A stretch of DNA of 63,507 nucleotides, counting the filler, from Hausera hauseri (taxonomy: Eukaryota), in NCBI GenBank assembly GCA_046269625.1. It is 11 parts of 11 records of this genome, joined end to end, with 100 filler letters (N's around TTAATTAATTAA, not from the genome) between each part and the next. Parts side by side here need not be neighbours in the genome. Positions count along the whole stretch, not along the records: positions 1 to 10,491 come from JBJURY010176638.1; positions 10,592 to 16,872 come from JBJURY010117542.1; 9 more parts are not named here. One strand, given 5' to 3'. The stretch's first letter is position 1. Each line of letters begins with the position of its first letter. The translations under genes and the position numbers were made by a program. A model generated the notes under the pieces. It did no database searches and was not told the DNA's origin. It saw only the letters and a list, made by a program, of their open reading frames with translations. Of this stretch, positions 1-11,299 are shown piece after piece.

Positions 1-178
1 ATCCATACAGTACGCCCGCCTGTGTGTATCCACTTTCTGACTGTGTGTCTCCTATCTCCGCCCTATTAATCGTGCGTGCGTGTATCGTTTTTTCTACCCC
101 ATGACTCATCCGCGAACCAGAAAATTTTTTCTTCCCCGGGGGGAGGGGCTTGCGGCCATGGACTCCTATCCTACTACT
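1..178 (-). repeat. LTR fragment (5' end) related to the LTR at 26756-27685, inserted antisense into the chu-Gypsy copy
   Basis: 55-175 (atctccgccctattaatcgtgcgtg...ccatgactcatccgcgaacca...ggggcttgcggccat...ctatcctact) aligns by eye with 27563-27685; from ~180 the sequence switches to the chu-Gypsy ORF. Confidence 0.7.
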
Positions 179-235
179 AATTTCCAATATATGTTACGAA
201 GTTTAACTGTGAATAATCTAGGAAACGAATCAAAC

Positions 236-2233
236 TGGCTAATTAATTTCCTAACTGTGATGATGTTAATAAGACAAATGGGAGCGGTTACAATATATGA
301 CCGTGACAAATTCATACTTGGCCAAAGATATTCATTGATGGATTTAAAAATGTGCGAAGATGCGAGACCGCATAAATTAGAAACAAAAGAAAAAAGATAT
401 GTGCTGTATCAGCAACGAGAATTAGTTTCATTGGACGGAATAGAATGCATATTACGACGATTTCTCAATATTTTCCATTGTGGATTAATAAATTGACATT
501 CATTTATAATCAAGCCGACGACCCCACTAATTCCAATGAATTGAGAACGCCAGCATTGTAAGCAGGCTAGAGAGACAGGCAGGCTGAAGTGGGACGGCAT
601 GGAATTAGAAATGCAGCAAGGGAAAATAATCAGAGCATGCAAGGTAATAGCAGGAAGATTATATATGCATACGGGTCAATGTAAAGGTGCAGTATACGAT
701 ATTAGATGGGGATTGGAGTCAAACATAGTGGTTGTGGATTTCTACGAAACCGAGATGCACACATAAAAAGCGGTATACAATAGCGTTACTAAGCTCTATA
801 CGGAAAATCAAAAGTGCCACATACAAGAGGGCACTTGTGTTTTTAGAAGTTCAGGAGTAATTTGAGTCCCTCCAGCCAAGACCGATTGCAATTTTATTAA
901 AATTAAAGAACTACCGTTTAACGAAACAACAGGAAAACGCTACATAAGTAATACGGATACAAACTCAAAAACGCGAGAGGATATAGGAAAACAGCCTACA
1001 CCTACCATATTAATTTTCGATACTCACGGGTTAAAGTTTGTGAATAAAAACGTACTCACAAGGTGTGATGTAATAATGTACGCCACCAATTAGGAAGCAT
1101 TCTTTGTAGCTGAAACCGAGATAAATACCAGAACGTTTAGGCTTGAGACTCAAGATATTGGAATTGAAGATTATTTGTAGAATAGAGACGATTATTTCAA
1201 CTACAAGGGACAGACTGAAATTACTGAGTTATACCATAAAATAATAACGAAGGACTGCAAACTAGACTTAGAAGTCATGAGAACCAAACTGCCTTTAATA
1301 TATGCCAATCCCGAGCTAGCATCACTAATAATTCCGATAAAAGAAGGTGTTTTTGGACGAGTGACCGGAGAAGTTCTTCTGACCCACGAATGCGAGAAGA
1401 AGGATGTACCTATTAACGTAAAAGAGAAAAGGTGCATTCAAAAACTTCCAGTGATATATCAGGACATACCAAGATTGGTAACGCCGATTACAAGAATATT
1501 ACTGGCAAACTCTACCCAACCGAAGATTCTGAAAGATTGTAAAACCAGTTTGGGAGAACCATTGTTTAGACGTAGCAAAACCAATTGGGTAAGTTTACCG
1601 AATGGTGGGATAATTACGCCTAACATCAAGTTAACAGGAAAAAATTTAATAAAAGGAATAACTGATGATAAGTTTCAAGATACTGCAGCAAATGGTTTTT
1701 ACCGGCCAAAAGAAGTAGAGGCGTTTAGATAATTTCTTGCTTTCCCACGCCAACGTACGCATGAATTAAACAGAGCGATGCATACAATACTAGAGAATTC
1801 ACGTTGTACAGCGAAATGGGAATCGTGACTTGGTGTTAATTACTATCAAAAGATGACAACTGAAATATTGTATAAAATCTGCAGAAGATTTCTGATATTT
1901 GGACAAGCCGCATCAGGATTCCTAGCACTTTATTTCTTAATTCAACTGGTTAAGGCGATAATTCAATCGGTTATAAATGGATACAAAAACATCACCCTAA
2001 CAGGATTCCTATGTAAAATCTTAACAGTTATTATCACACTTTTCGGAAAATTTTTAAAGGCGTACGAAAAAAATAAATGGAAAGCGGATGTGAAACGACA
2101 TTTTGGCTATCGTAATCGGAAACGTAAAAGGAGACACATATTTAGTTACAGACGCAAATTTGTAAATGTGAAGACACGAAGAGATAACTCTGACGATGAT
2201 AAGCCTAAGGGAGGAGCGCAGTATCAAGGATAA
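236..2233 (+). pseudogene. env: Chuvirus-like (class III, gB/G-type) envelope glycoprotein with signal sequence and C-terminal TM
   Basis: WLINFLTVMMLIRQMGA/VTIYD, YSLMDLKMCE, IFHCGL, GEVLLTHEC, CIQKLPV, PITRIL, then FLIFGQAASGFLALYFLIQLVKAII..INGY; pattern matches chuviral G-like proteins; ORFs 1277 and 1853 share a frame. Confidence 0.8.
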
Positions 2234-2739
2234 ATAGGCACAAAACTACTCTGTTATAAAACCACCCTTACCAATATTACCGCCAACTGCACCAATATAT
2301 GACGACTGTGAAAAACAATCTGTGTTCATATCAAACAGATATTTATAGAAAACCGTTCAGCCTTGAAGATCCTTATGAAGGAACGAAACATTACGGAATA
2401 TTACGTAAAGTGCTCGAAACGAAAAGAACATCTGACCCATATCGTCGTTCACCGGTCGACAACCATGGAATAATTTATTCACCTAGAATACCCAGGCCGA
2501 ACGAAATACCATCAACATTGTCAAGAGACCAATAGATGCAGAATTTTGGAAACCAAGAATAACAGCCGCCAGTTAGGAATCAGAAAATGGAAAACGCCAA
2601 CTGCATAAATAATGAACTGTACCTAAATGGAGAGATAAGGCAGTAATTCGGTCAACCAGTTGCAACCATCGAAGTGAGAATTAACGACTATAAGGTGTCA
2701 ACGATTCAACATCTAAAGGCAGCGCCAAATTACTATGGT

Positions 2740-3060
2740 ACGGTAACCGAAGGTAGACCCTTCGCAAAAATTCAGTTAGAAGATTGGGAAGTTTACGCAT
2801 TGATAGACACAGGATATGAGATATCATTGATAAAACACGACTCAATATTGCACTTTCTAAGGAAACAGCTATATCCACCTCCAACAAAAGACCCAGGAAG
2901 TATTGGAGCTTTTTGACAGACGTCTAAAAGCAAATTCCTATGTAAGCCAGAAATTCATATAATGGGACAATCATTTCATCACAAATTTTTACTAATGGAA
3001 CAGTTAACAGACGATGTAGTCTTAGGATGTGATCTGTTGAGACAATTATCCAATATGTCA
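2740..3060 (+). pseudogene. pol: Retroviral-type aspartic protease
   Basis: GRPFAKIQL..VYALIDTG and DVVLGCDLL motifs. Confidence 0.88.
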
Positions 3061-3612
3061 ATAGACTTTCATTCAGGGAAATTAATAAAGCTCGGCCCGA
3101 TTAAGGGAGTTAAAACCACTAAAGATAGGCAATTCGGAGAAGTATGGATTCCAATGGACGATAACATTCCGCCGAGAACCGAGGTATTAATATATGCTCA
3201 AGTACGTCAAGACGACGACCGGCCAGAGTACTTTGAACCAAAGGAATCGTTAAATCCAAGCATCGTACTTAGTAACGTATTAACAAGGGCATCGAAGGGC
3301 CAATAATGCTAATAATACACCGACTCCGATCAAACTGTATGCCAATAACACCTTGGATTACACATATAGAGTATCGTCAATAACTACTGAAGGAAAACCT
3401 TACAAGTGTGCCCAATTTCCACTTCACATCGAAACTAAATTTTCACCAGAAGCATACTGTCGATTTTGTGAGCTACTTTGTCACTATAGCTCTGTCATCG
3501 ATAGAGACGAAGAGGACATTGGCAAAGCCAAAGCCTTGAGACTAACAATTGCACTTAAGAAAAGCCTGGCTAATGATGATGAAATAGACTTAGAGGATCA
3601 AAAGATGTCAAA

Positions 3613-4218
3613 ATGGTATTCTCCTCCGCATTATTTAAGGCCGAAAATAACAAAAGAAGTCGGCGTATGTTAAAGGCCGACATAATTAGACCAAGCTATA
3701 GATCTTGGTACTCACCTATACTCATGTTTAAGAAGAAAGGTACTACAAAGCACCAATTTTGTGTCGATTACCGAGCACTAAACACGCTTATGATGAAAAA
3801 TTCTTTCCCATTGCCATCAGTAAAAGAAGCCCTAGATAGACTTTCCGGAGCTAAATGGTTTACCACGCTCAATCTGCAATCCGGATATTGACAAGTAGAA
3901 ATAGAAGAAGAAGACTGCTATAAAACTGCGTTTAAAACACACGATGAAGCGTACGAATTTAATGTCATGCCATTTAGGATAACTGCTAGACCACCCATTT
4001 TTACTCGAATTATGAACAAGATGCTAATGGGACTGAAACACGCGTTCGCGTATCTAGACGACGTAATGACTGCATCAAAAACAGAAGAAGAACATTTAAA
4101 GGATATTGAGAACACGCTTATGAGAGTGGGGCAAGCCGGATTAAAATTAAACCCCAAGAAATGTAAATGGGCTCAAAACACTTTGCCTTATCTCGGACAT
4201 ATAGTTGGAGATGGATAA
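3613..4218 (+). pseudogene. pol: Ty3/Gypsy reverse transcriptase
   Basis: IIRPS..SPI, FCVDYRALN, FPLPSV..LSGAKWFTTL.LQSGY*QV, MPF, AYLDDV, KLNPKKC, YLGHIV. Confidence 0.95.
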
Positions 4219-4408
4219 ATCATTAAGTAAGATATCGGATTTTATGGAACCCCAGAACCAAAAGGAGTTGAGACATTGGTTAGGTTTATGTTGTTACTAC
4301 GCCACTTATGTACCAGAATATTCAAGGATAAATACACCCTTGTATCGCTTTCTTAAAAAAGGAATTAAATAGAAATGGACGGAGGTTGAACAAAAAGCTT
4401 TCGATGAA

Positions 4409-4830
4409 GTGAAAAAAATCTTAACTAGCGAACCCGTTTTAAGATATCCTGATTTTAACCTACCGTTTATAATTAAAGCGGATGCTAGTAACAAAGGTAC
4501 TAGATATGAATTAGCCCAGAAACAAGCGGATAAAAAACTAGATCACCCAATCGCATACGGAGGACGGTCACTAAAGAAAGCTGAAAAGAATTACTCGGTC
4601 ACGGAATTAGAAACATTAGCGGTAAACGAAACTCTACGACATTTTAACGTATAAGTCTACGGAGAGAAGATTATAATAGTTACGGATCATAAAGCAGTTA
4701 CAACCTTGAAAGGTAGAGGAAACAACTCAACATGTAGACTCACCAGATGGATCGAAGAGATCTCACGGTACAATATTGAAATTCAATACAAACCCGAAGC
4801 AAACATGTCGATGCCGATGCACTATCCAGG
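4409..4830 (+). pseudogene. pol: RNase H
   Basis: PVLRYPDFNLPFIIKADAS, HPIAYGGRSL..AEKNYSVTELETLAV, VTDHK, DADALSR. Confidence 0.92.
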
Positions 4831-5034
4831 CTTAAAATTAAAATAAGCACGGTTACGGTAATGCGAAAGGCTCTTTTCGAAGAACTAGTAGATATACAGC
4901 GAGCCTTCACGATGGATAAAGCAACTAAATTTCTACTGAACAAAAGAAGGACAAAGTTATACAACAAATCGTTTAGTTTGTCGAGAATGAACTAACACCG
5001 AAAGAACACCAATTACGGAAACATTTACAAAGAC

Positions 5035-6099
5035 ATGCTCACAAATACAGGAATACTAATGGCCGAACATGACTCATATTTTGCCGGACACATGTCATGG
5101 AAGAAGACATTAGAAAAAAAATTAAATAAATATTATTGGACGAGCGTATACATCGATGTGAAGAATTTGCTAAATGCTCGCGAAGTATGCGCAACCAAAC
5201 AGACGAAAGTGAAAAACTACATTCCCAAACTTAGACCAATAAACATACCGGACAGACCAATGCAAGCGATATCCATGGATATAGCAGGACCGTTACCTGG
5301 AACTCATAAGAATAATACATACTTTCTGATATGTATAGATCGGTCAACTCATTTCGTCGAAATTGTGTCACTAGTGGACCAAAAGGCTAAGACCTTAGCT
5401 GAAGCTCTAGTAAGAAAAATTATCTGCAGATACGGACCTCCCAAACAAATACTGACAAACCGTGGAAGAAACTTTACGAGTGGATTATTCAAAAAAATTA
5501 CCAAAATATTTAAAATTGAACGATTAACCACAACGGCTTACCACTCGCGATGTAACGCAATGGTCGAACGAATGAATCCAACAGTTCAACGAATCTTATC
5601 AACAGTAGTTGCGAAAGACAAGAAGGATTGGGATGGATTTTAATAGGGCACGCCATTTGCCATAAACACTACATCACATCCTGCAACATGATTCACTCCA
5701 TTTTTATGATGTACGGCAGAGAAGCTGTATGACCCACGAACTTAGGAATAATGCCATATACAATGAAGACGGACAATCTAGAGCAAAAAAAAACGATTTA
5801 AAAGACACTATGACAAGAAGGCTAAACCGCATGATCTAGAACAAGAAAACTGGGTTTATTTGCACTATCCAGTAGCCAGGAAAGGTAAGTCATTGAAGCT
5901 CACCCGAACCGGAAGAGGACCTTATGAGGTTCTTAGAACCATGCCGACCACGACGTATATTAACAAAAATGGCAAAGAAGAGATTGTATCTATACAAAGA
6001 GTGGTCAAAACGGAAATAAGGCCAAATAAACGCTGCGACTACGTTCAAGTAAGGAAAATCCAAGTCAAACCAAGAGAGAAAAAAAAACGTCATCGATAG
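5035..6099 (+). pseudogene. pol: Integrase (HHCC zinc domain, rve core, GPY module)
   Basis: HDSYFAGH, KYYW, ISMDIAGPLP, ICRYGPPKQILTNRGRNF, TTAYHSRCNAMVERMN, KL...GRGPYEV. Confidence 0.93.
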
Positions 6100-6119
6100 T
6101 AACTAGACCGATATCATAA

Positions 6120-7450
6120 TCACAAATAATTCTTGCACTATCGCTAATTGCTTCATATATACAAAAGGTAAAAACACAATGGACAATGGGTTTAGCAGAA
6201 GATATACACTGAGTTATGCCACATTTACAAACCGAAAAAGAACAACATGCAGGAAGACGAAAAGATATGCAGAATTTAGAGTCACTTAGAGTGTACAATA
6301 TGAACTGGACCAAACCTTGAGCCTGGTTTAAGGCAAGCGACTCTGTTAAGAGCCATGTAAAATTCCAAATAATATTTCTGGATCAAACTACCTCTGCGAT
6401 GAAGATATGTAATTTCTCGTATGGAGCCCAGCAGAAATATTGCAATTTAGATTTTGGACGGACATATAAATATAAATTTCAAATGTTCTATTATAGTCTG
6501 CCTGGCGCCCAAGCCTATGTAATTATCGAATTGAGAATAAAAATGCCTAAGCGCAACGACATAAATCAAGCCAGAACGGACGATATAATCCGACATACCG
6601 ATCCATTTAAAAGACTCCTATATTATAACATTATTGGAATCTCTAAAGATTTTAAAAAACAATGTATCTGAATTAATACTAAAATAAAATTGCCGAGAGA
6701 AAGATACCAATACATGAAATAACCCCTCGTATGAATTATTGTTATATTGCGCGAGAACAGCGAAATCCGTGCTGCAGAATACCCCTGGACCATGAATACC
6801 AATTGCAATTTGATTTGTACAATACCTAACCGAACGAACCGAGTAATTATTTTAGAGGATATCGTCCAAAAGTCGGAATATGGAAGATTTCCTTCCCAAC
6901 AACTACGAGAAAAAGTACAACTCTCACTACTAATATCGCCACTTTGAGTAGAATGTCCGAGAGAGAATTGGAAAACATACCTGTTAGAATTTGGGCACGG
7001 CATAATAGAATTGTATTTTATGTTGAAGAAACAGTGGATTATGAAAATAAAATCCAGTGTCATACCTTATATACCAACCAAATTGTAATATTAAGGAAGA
7101 ATAGTCGGGAAATTGAACGCAAAGCGCTACGATCACAAAATGAATATATAATTCAAATGACCGTAGATGGTAAGAGACATAAAACTCTGACAGCACGAAC
7201 CCTTAACAATGAAGTTCACGTAATGCAATTAAAAGATACTAGTACCCAAAATGCAATTACTACAGAAAACTCTATTGAACCGAATAACTTACCGATAATA
7301 GCTATATTCAGTTTGTCAATTTTCTTTTTTATAATATTAACAGCGACAATTTTCTTAGTTTCCAAAAACCGTAATAAGCGACGTCAAAATCAACAGAGGG
7401 ATAAACGGGCAAAAGGGTTCCACGACGGACTTTATGATAGCATAACATGA
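6120..7450 (+). pseudogene. Putative second type-I membrane protein downstream of integrase
   Basis: Hydrophobic IILALSLIASYI at ~6125, Cys-containing fragments (6399-6947), TM LPIIAIFSLSIFFFIILTATIFLV (7289-7360) followed by a basic stop-transfer KNRNKRR. Confidence 0.6.
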
Positions 7451-7545
7451 TAATTACAGATCGGGTTATCTTATCATCAGACAATTTTTTGTTTCAAAAT
7501 GATAATCTGTCTTAGGATTGACCATTATTTTTATTTTAGCAGAGT

Positions 7546-8664
7546 ATGGCCGAAAAGGCGAAGAATCTAGCATACAGCTTCAGATACAACATCGATGATT
7601 TTCTACAACAAAATGTGGCAGTTCTAAAGCCTTCATTTAAAAGCTTATACTGCCAAATCAAAGAAAGTTTGAAAAATAAAACGTATTTGGAAATCGATCG
7701 AGAAAGCAAAAAACCGAATGGATTGAAATAGGGTGTAGAGGAAAATCGACTATTCCGACTATAAGCAAGGCGAAGTTTTAAGGATACACGAGCATACCTA
7801 TTGAGAGATATGATCCCATATGAGCCAACACATTAGCAAATGTACATACATGTCGCTGATGGAGAAGTCCAGTACAGGATTGTTGGACAGTCCTGGAGTA
7901 CTCAAAGAGGTCAACAATGGAAATTTAGCACATATGAGCTATGTTGCTCTAGCCTCATGGATTACGCTTTGGAGTTTAGAATCGCAGAGCTTCTAACCAA
8001 ACTTATGTTCGAACTGACCTTACAAACGGAAGTGATGAGGCCACTACCACATATACTGTGTATACAGAAGCCCTCAAAGGATGAGATCGAACGAGTCGGA
8101 GAATCTTTCCAACTGGTTCCAGACGGCAGGAATACTCGAATTCTAGCCGTAAACTATGGAGAAAAGGATGATGAATGGTACACCCCAATTGAAGTTCCCA
8201 TCCGAAGTATAAATGGAGAAGAGATGATTAACAAAATAATCGCGCCGAAAACTAAGGTGAAAGATACATTTCCTGACGTTACCGGAATCACAAAGCTACA
8301 GCTGGAAAAAGGCAAAGATTTCCCAGAAATTCAAGAAGACATAAGCCATTCCTTATATGGATTTGTTGTAACCGGATTTAGAGTACACGATATGCTAGAA
8401 AGGCTAGGAATTCGACAGGAATATATAGCCGGATTTCGTGAATTGATTCTCAATCCGACAGTCGTAAGCCGAACAGAAAGCAGTATAATGAAAAAAAGAG
8501 GATGTCTACTTCCTTCAGCATCACGAGAATCGCAATTTAAGATGATGTTAGAAGCCATGAATGGTGAACATTTTCATTTCCATAAACTAATGCCAGCGAG
8601 TCAAAGGACAAAACTCGTAAGAGATGTTTGTTTCTCTACGATGGGAACACAAGTGGAAAACTGA
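7546..8664 (+). pseudogene. Accessory ORF with DEDDh/REX4-ISG20-like exonuclease fold, catalytic residues degenerate
   Basis: ORFs 7546 and 7840 share a frame; ILAVNYGE..IEV.I....GEEMINKIIAP...VKD...VTGIT...L.KGKDF.EIQEDI...L.G.VVTGF.V..ML..LGI. Confidence 0.6.
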
Positions 8665-9490
8665 ACCCCAAGGACATAATAGTTTCCATATAACTATTCT
8701 AAATAACCCATTCAAGTTACTCAAACAGAAAAGATCGAATGAAAATGGTCAAAAAACCCCCATCGACCAGTCGGAGTCAGACCGAAGGCAGACTAACCTC
8801 TGGAAAAGCAACAGAAAGAACGGAATTCATGGAATCGAACACTAGAGAGACTCAGAGAAGACAAAAGACAAAACTCTCCCTGTTCGAATATATCAGTAGA
8901 AATAAATGTAAGATCAGTAGTAACCACGCCGAGGAAATGAAACCATCTACTAGCAGTCTTACGCCAATCATTAAAGAAGTGACAAACCCCAAGGATAAAC
9001 CGAAAAGGCAGGGAGCCGAAAGATCAAACGAACAAGGAACGAAAATTTGTCATTATGAACCACCTAGAACAGAAGTAAGCGTTCTATCTTAGTAACAGAA
9101 TTCGGTCAGGTTAAAGAGTATACCCCAATGCTTGTCATGGCCGAATACGACAGCAGAGGCAAAATTAAAGGAGCCATATTTTATGTCTCCACTGTTCCTA
9201 GGATAATTATAAGTGGGGATGGATATGCCCGAGAAGACACAACAATTGACAAATATTTAGCCACAATATTTTAATTGAAGAACGGCACCAATAGACTAAC
9301 TATTCCAGTAGATACCCAAGTTCGAGTTCAACTGAATAGACAATACAAAAAGACAGGAATACCTGATTTAGGCAAACAGGAAATTGTTAAATGGACATTG
9401 GTAACCATATCAAATGACCCCACGAAAAGCTCCATAGACTCTAAACAAAAGTGATTATATGGTTATTTATAACAGGACAAGAAAGGATTT

Positions 9491-9925
9491 GTGTTCGAAC
9501 GAATTGAAGTTGACGAAGATCTTTTGGATATAGATGGAGGTGAAAAAGAAGAATGCCCCGTTTGTGACGCAAACCTATACCAAGGATTTGTAGCGTTAGA
9601 TAATAAGGATTGTACACATAAATACTGTCGATATTGCTTAGAAACGTGGACCCTGAAAAATGGGAGAACGACCTACCCGGTATGTAGGGCTGAAGCTACG
9701 AAGTTGCGTTATTTCTCTGATGGAGAGAGTAAGAAGATAGTGCAAATATTCCCTCAAAAACCCACTACAGCTTACCGTTTTGACTTGCGACCCCCGCGAG
9801 ATAAGTCACATTCGGAAGCGGACTTCCGCGACCGAATGAATCATTTACGCGGCACCTCTTTTGACACAATAGGCACATCCGAGATGCCGTTCAGGAAGGA
9901 GAAATGTCGTAGAAAGGAATTGTAA
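9491..9925 (+). pseudogene. C3HC4 RING-finger ORF
   Basis: CPVC-x15-CTHKYCRYC..W..TYPVCR (9554-9685); 7th ligand Cys>Tyr (TAC for TGC). Confidence 0.8.
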
Positions 9926-10491
9926 ATTGGAAAACCGAAACGTGTACATATGTAAATTTAATTGAAAATAAAACCGAAAGCGAAAAAAATTTGGCATCGA
10001 AATTGAAACAGGAATTTTTCGTTATTCAGCATTAATTAATCAGTTCTTCACAAATTAGTCGATTTATGTCCATAACTATTTGTTGAATATGCAGAAATTA
10101 GTGTTGTAAATTAGCGATTGCAGGCTAACAACCAAAATTATTGGTTAGAAAAGGGAAAGAAATGGCCCAGAAATAATTATAAAGAAATTCCAATCTGCTT
10201 AGTCAGATACCAACAACTATATAAACAGAAAAGGAATCAAGTAACACAGTTTTATCCACATTGAAACGATACTGACAATTAGTGGTGAAAATCTGAAATA
10301 AATTATTGTTGTAGTTGATTTGCGCACTGTATCTACAAACGTATTGTCCTTATTGTATATTGAATAAATCTGTTATATATTAAAATTCTATTATAGTTTC
10401 CGTCGCTCCTTACAAAGGACTTGTACTACACTAACACTTAAATTAGACATAAAATCTATAGTTAAGACTAGATTTTTGTAAAATGCAAGGG

Positions 10492-10591
10492 NNNNNNNNN
10501 NNNNNNNNNNNNNNNNNNNNNNNNNNNNNNNNNNNTTAATTAATTAANNNNNNNNNNNNNNNNNNNNNNNNNNNNNNNNNNNNNNNNNNNN
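10492..10591. other. Assembly linker
   Basis: 100 bp N-TTAATTAATTAA-N (stops in all six frames). Confidence 0.97.
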
Positions 10592-10678
10592 TGGCTATAT
10601 TTTTCATTATTTCCAAAATTACTTCAACGAATGGTAAGTTTTTTATTTGTGCTCCTCAAATAATTGGTTGATTTTTAG

Positions 10679-11290
10679 ATGTGCAAACTTTACAGAGAAT
10701 GCTTGAATCAAATCCATGAGCCTGAAAATTGCTACAGTATTATAAAAAAGTACTTTAGCCATATTCACAACAGGGTTCAGTATAACATATACCCTACATG
10801 TGAGGTAGTGTGTCAAACCAATTATGAAGACTTTTACAATGTCAATAAACAGCACATAATTCCTTTCACCAAGTCGAAAAAACAAATATTCAGCACCAAT
10901 ATGTCAATAACGACTTTCGTGCCAAAGGGAAATCAAGGATGCAGGTCATATGTGTATTGCACATGTGCAATACACAGCCCTCAGAATTGCCACAATACCA
11001 TGAGGACCTATTGTGGACACAAATCCAATGGGATCATCTATTATATCTGCTCAGGATGTGAGACTGTATGTGATGGAAAATACATACAGTTTTATGAAGA
11101 TCACAAACATCATTTGACTGACTTCGCATCAGAGTCAAAGAAGATCATATTTAATGAACATAGGCCACAGCCTGCAGTACCACAGCCTGCAGTACAGCCA
11201 GATGCGGGACTGAAAAGCGCATCAGGCGCATCAGGCGCAGCGGCTCCAACAAAAGCCAAAGACAGCGGCCAGTTGAAGCTGCAGCATTAA
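10679..11290 (+). CDS. Cys/His-rich hypothetical protein upstream of PolB (possibly PolB N-terminal extension)
   Basis: Open 203-aa ORF with many C/H pairs and an Ala/Pro-rich tail; homolog at 15480-15961 (-). Confidence 0.5.
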   Translation: MCKLYRECLNQIHEPENCYSIIKKYFSHIHNRVQYNIYPTCEVVCQTNYEDFYNVNKQHIIPFTKSKKQIFSTNMSITTFVPKGNQGCRSYVYCTCAIHSPQNCHNTMRTYCGHKSNGIIYYICSGCETVCDGKYIQFYEDHKHHLTDFASESKKIIFNEHRPQPAVPQPAVQPDAGLKSASGASGAAAPTKAKDSGQLKLQH

Positions 11291-11299
11291 AGAGAAAAT

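Larger units (their letters stand above)
180..10491 (+). mobile_element. Large Ty3/Gypsy LTR retrotransposon with chuvirus-like glycoprotein, copy 1 (G-linker-PR-RT-RH-IN-membrane ORF-exonuclease-like ORF-RING), decayed
   Basis: Collinear ORF fragments carrying the Gypsy pol motifs and glycoprotein cysteine pattern; many stops and frameshifts. Confidence 0.9.

Noticed and set aside
80-235. N-terminus of the 138-aa ORF as the real G start
   Set aside because: 80-178 is antisense LTR sequence read through by chance
236-2233. Free-standing endogenous chuvirus genome
   Set aside because: No RdRp/L motifs or recognisable nucleoprotein; G is always flanked by retrotransposon sequence in the same order
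3100-3400. dUTPase between PR and RT
   Set aside because: No dUTPase motifs; resembles the ordinary beta-rich Gypsy PR-RT spacer
10492-10591. Recurrent TTAATTAATTAA palindromes and ORFs ending in X-runs
   Set aside because: Artificial contig linkers; gene order across them (e.g. G at 25514 next to gag at 25615) carries no information
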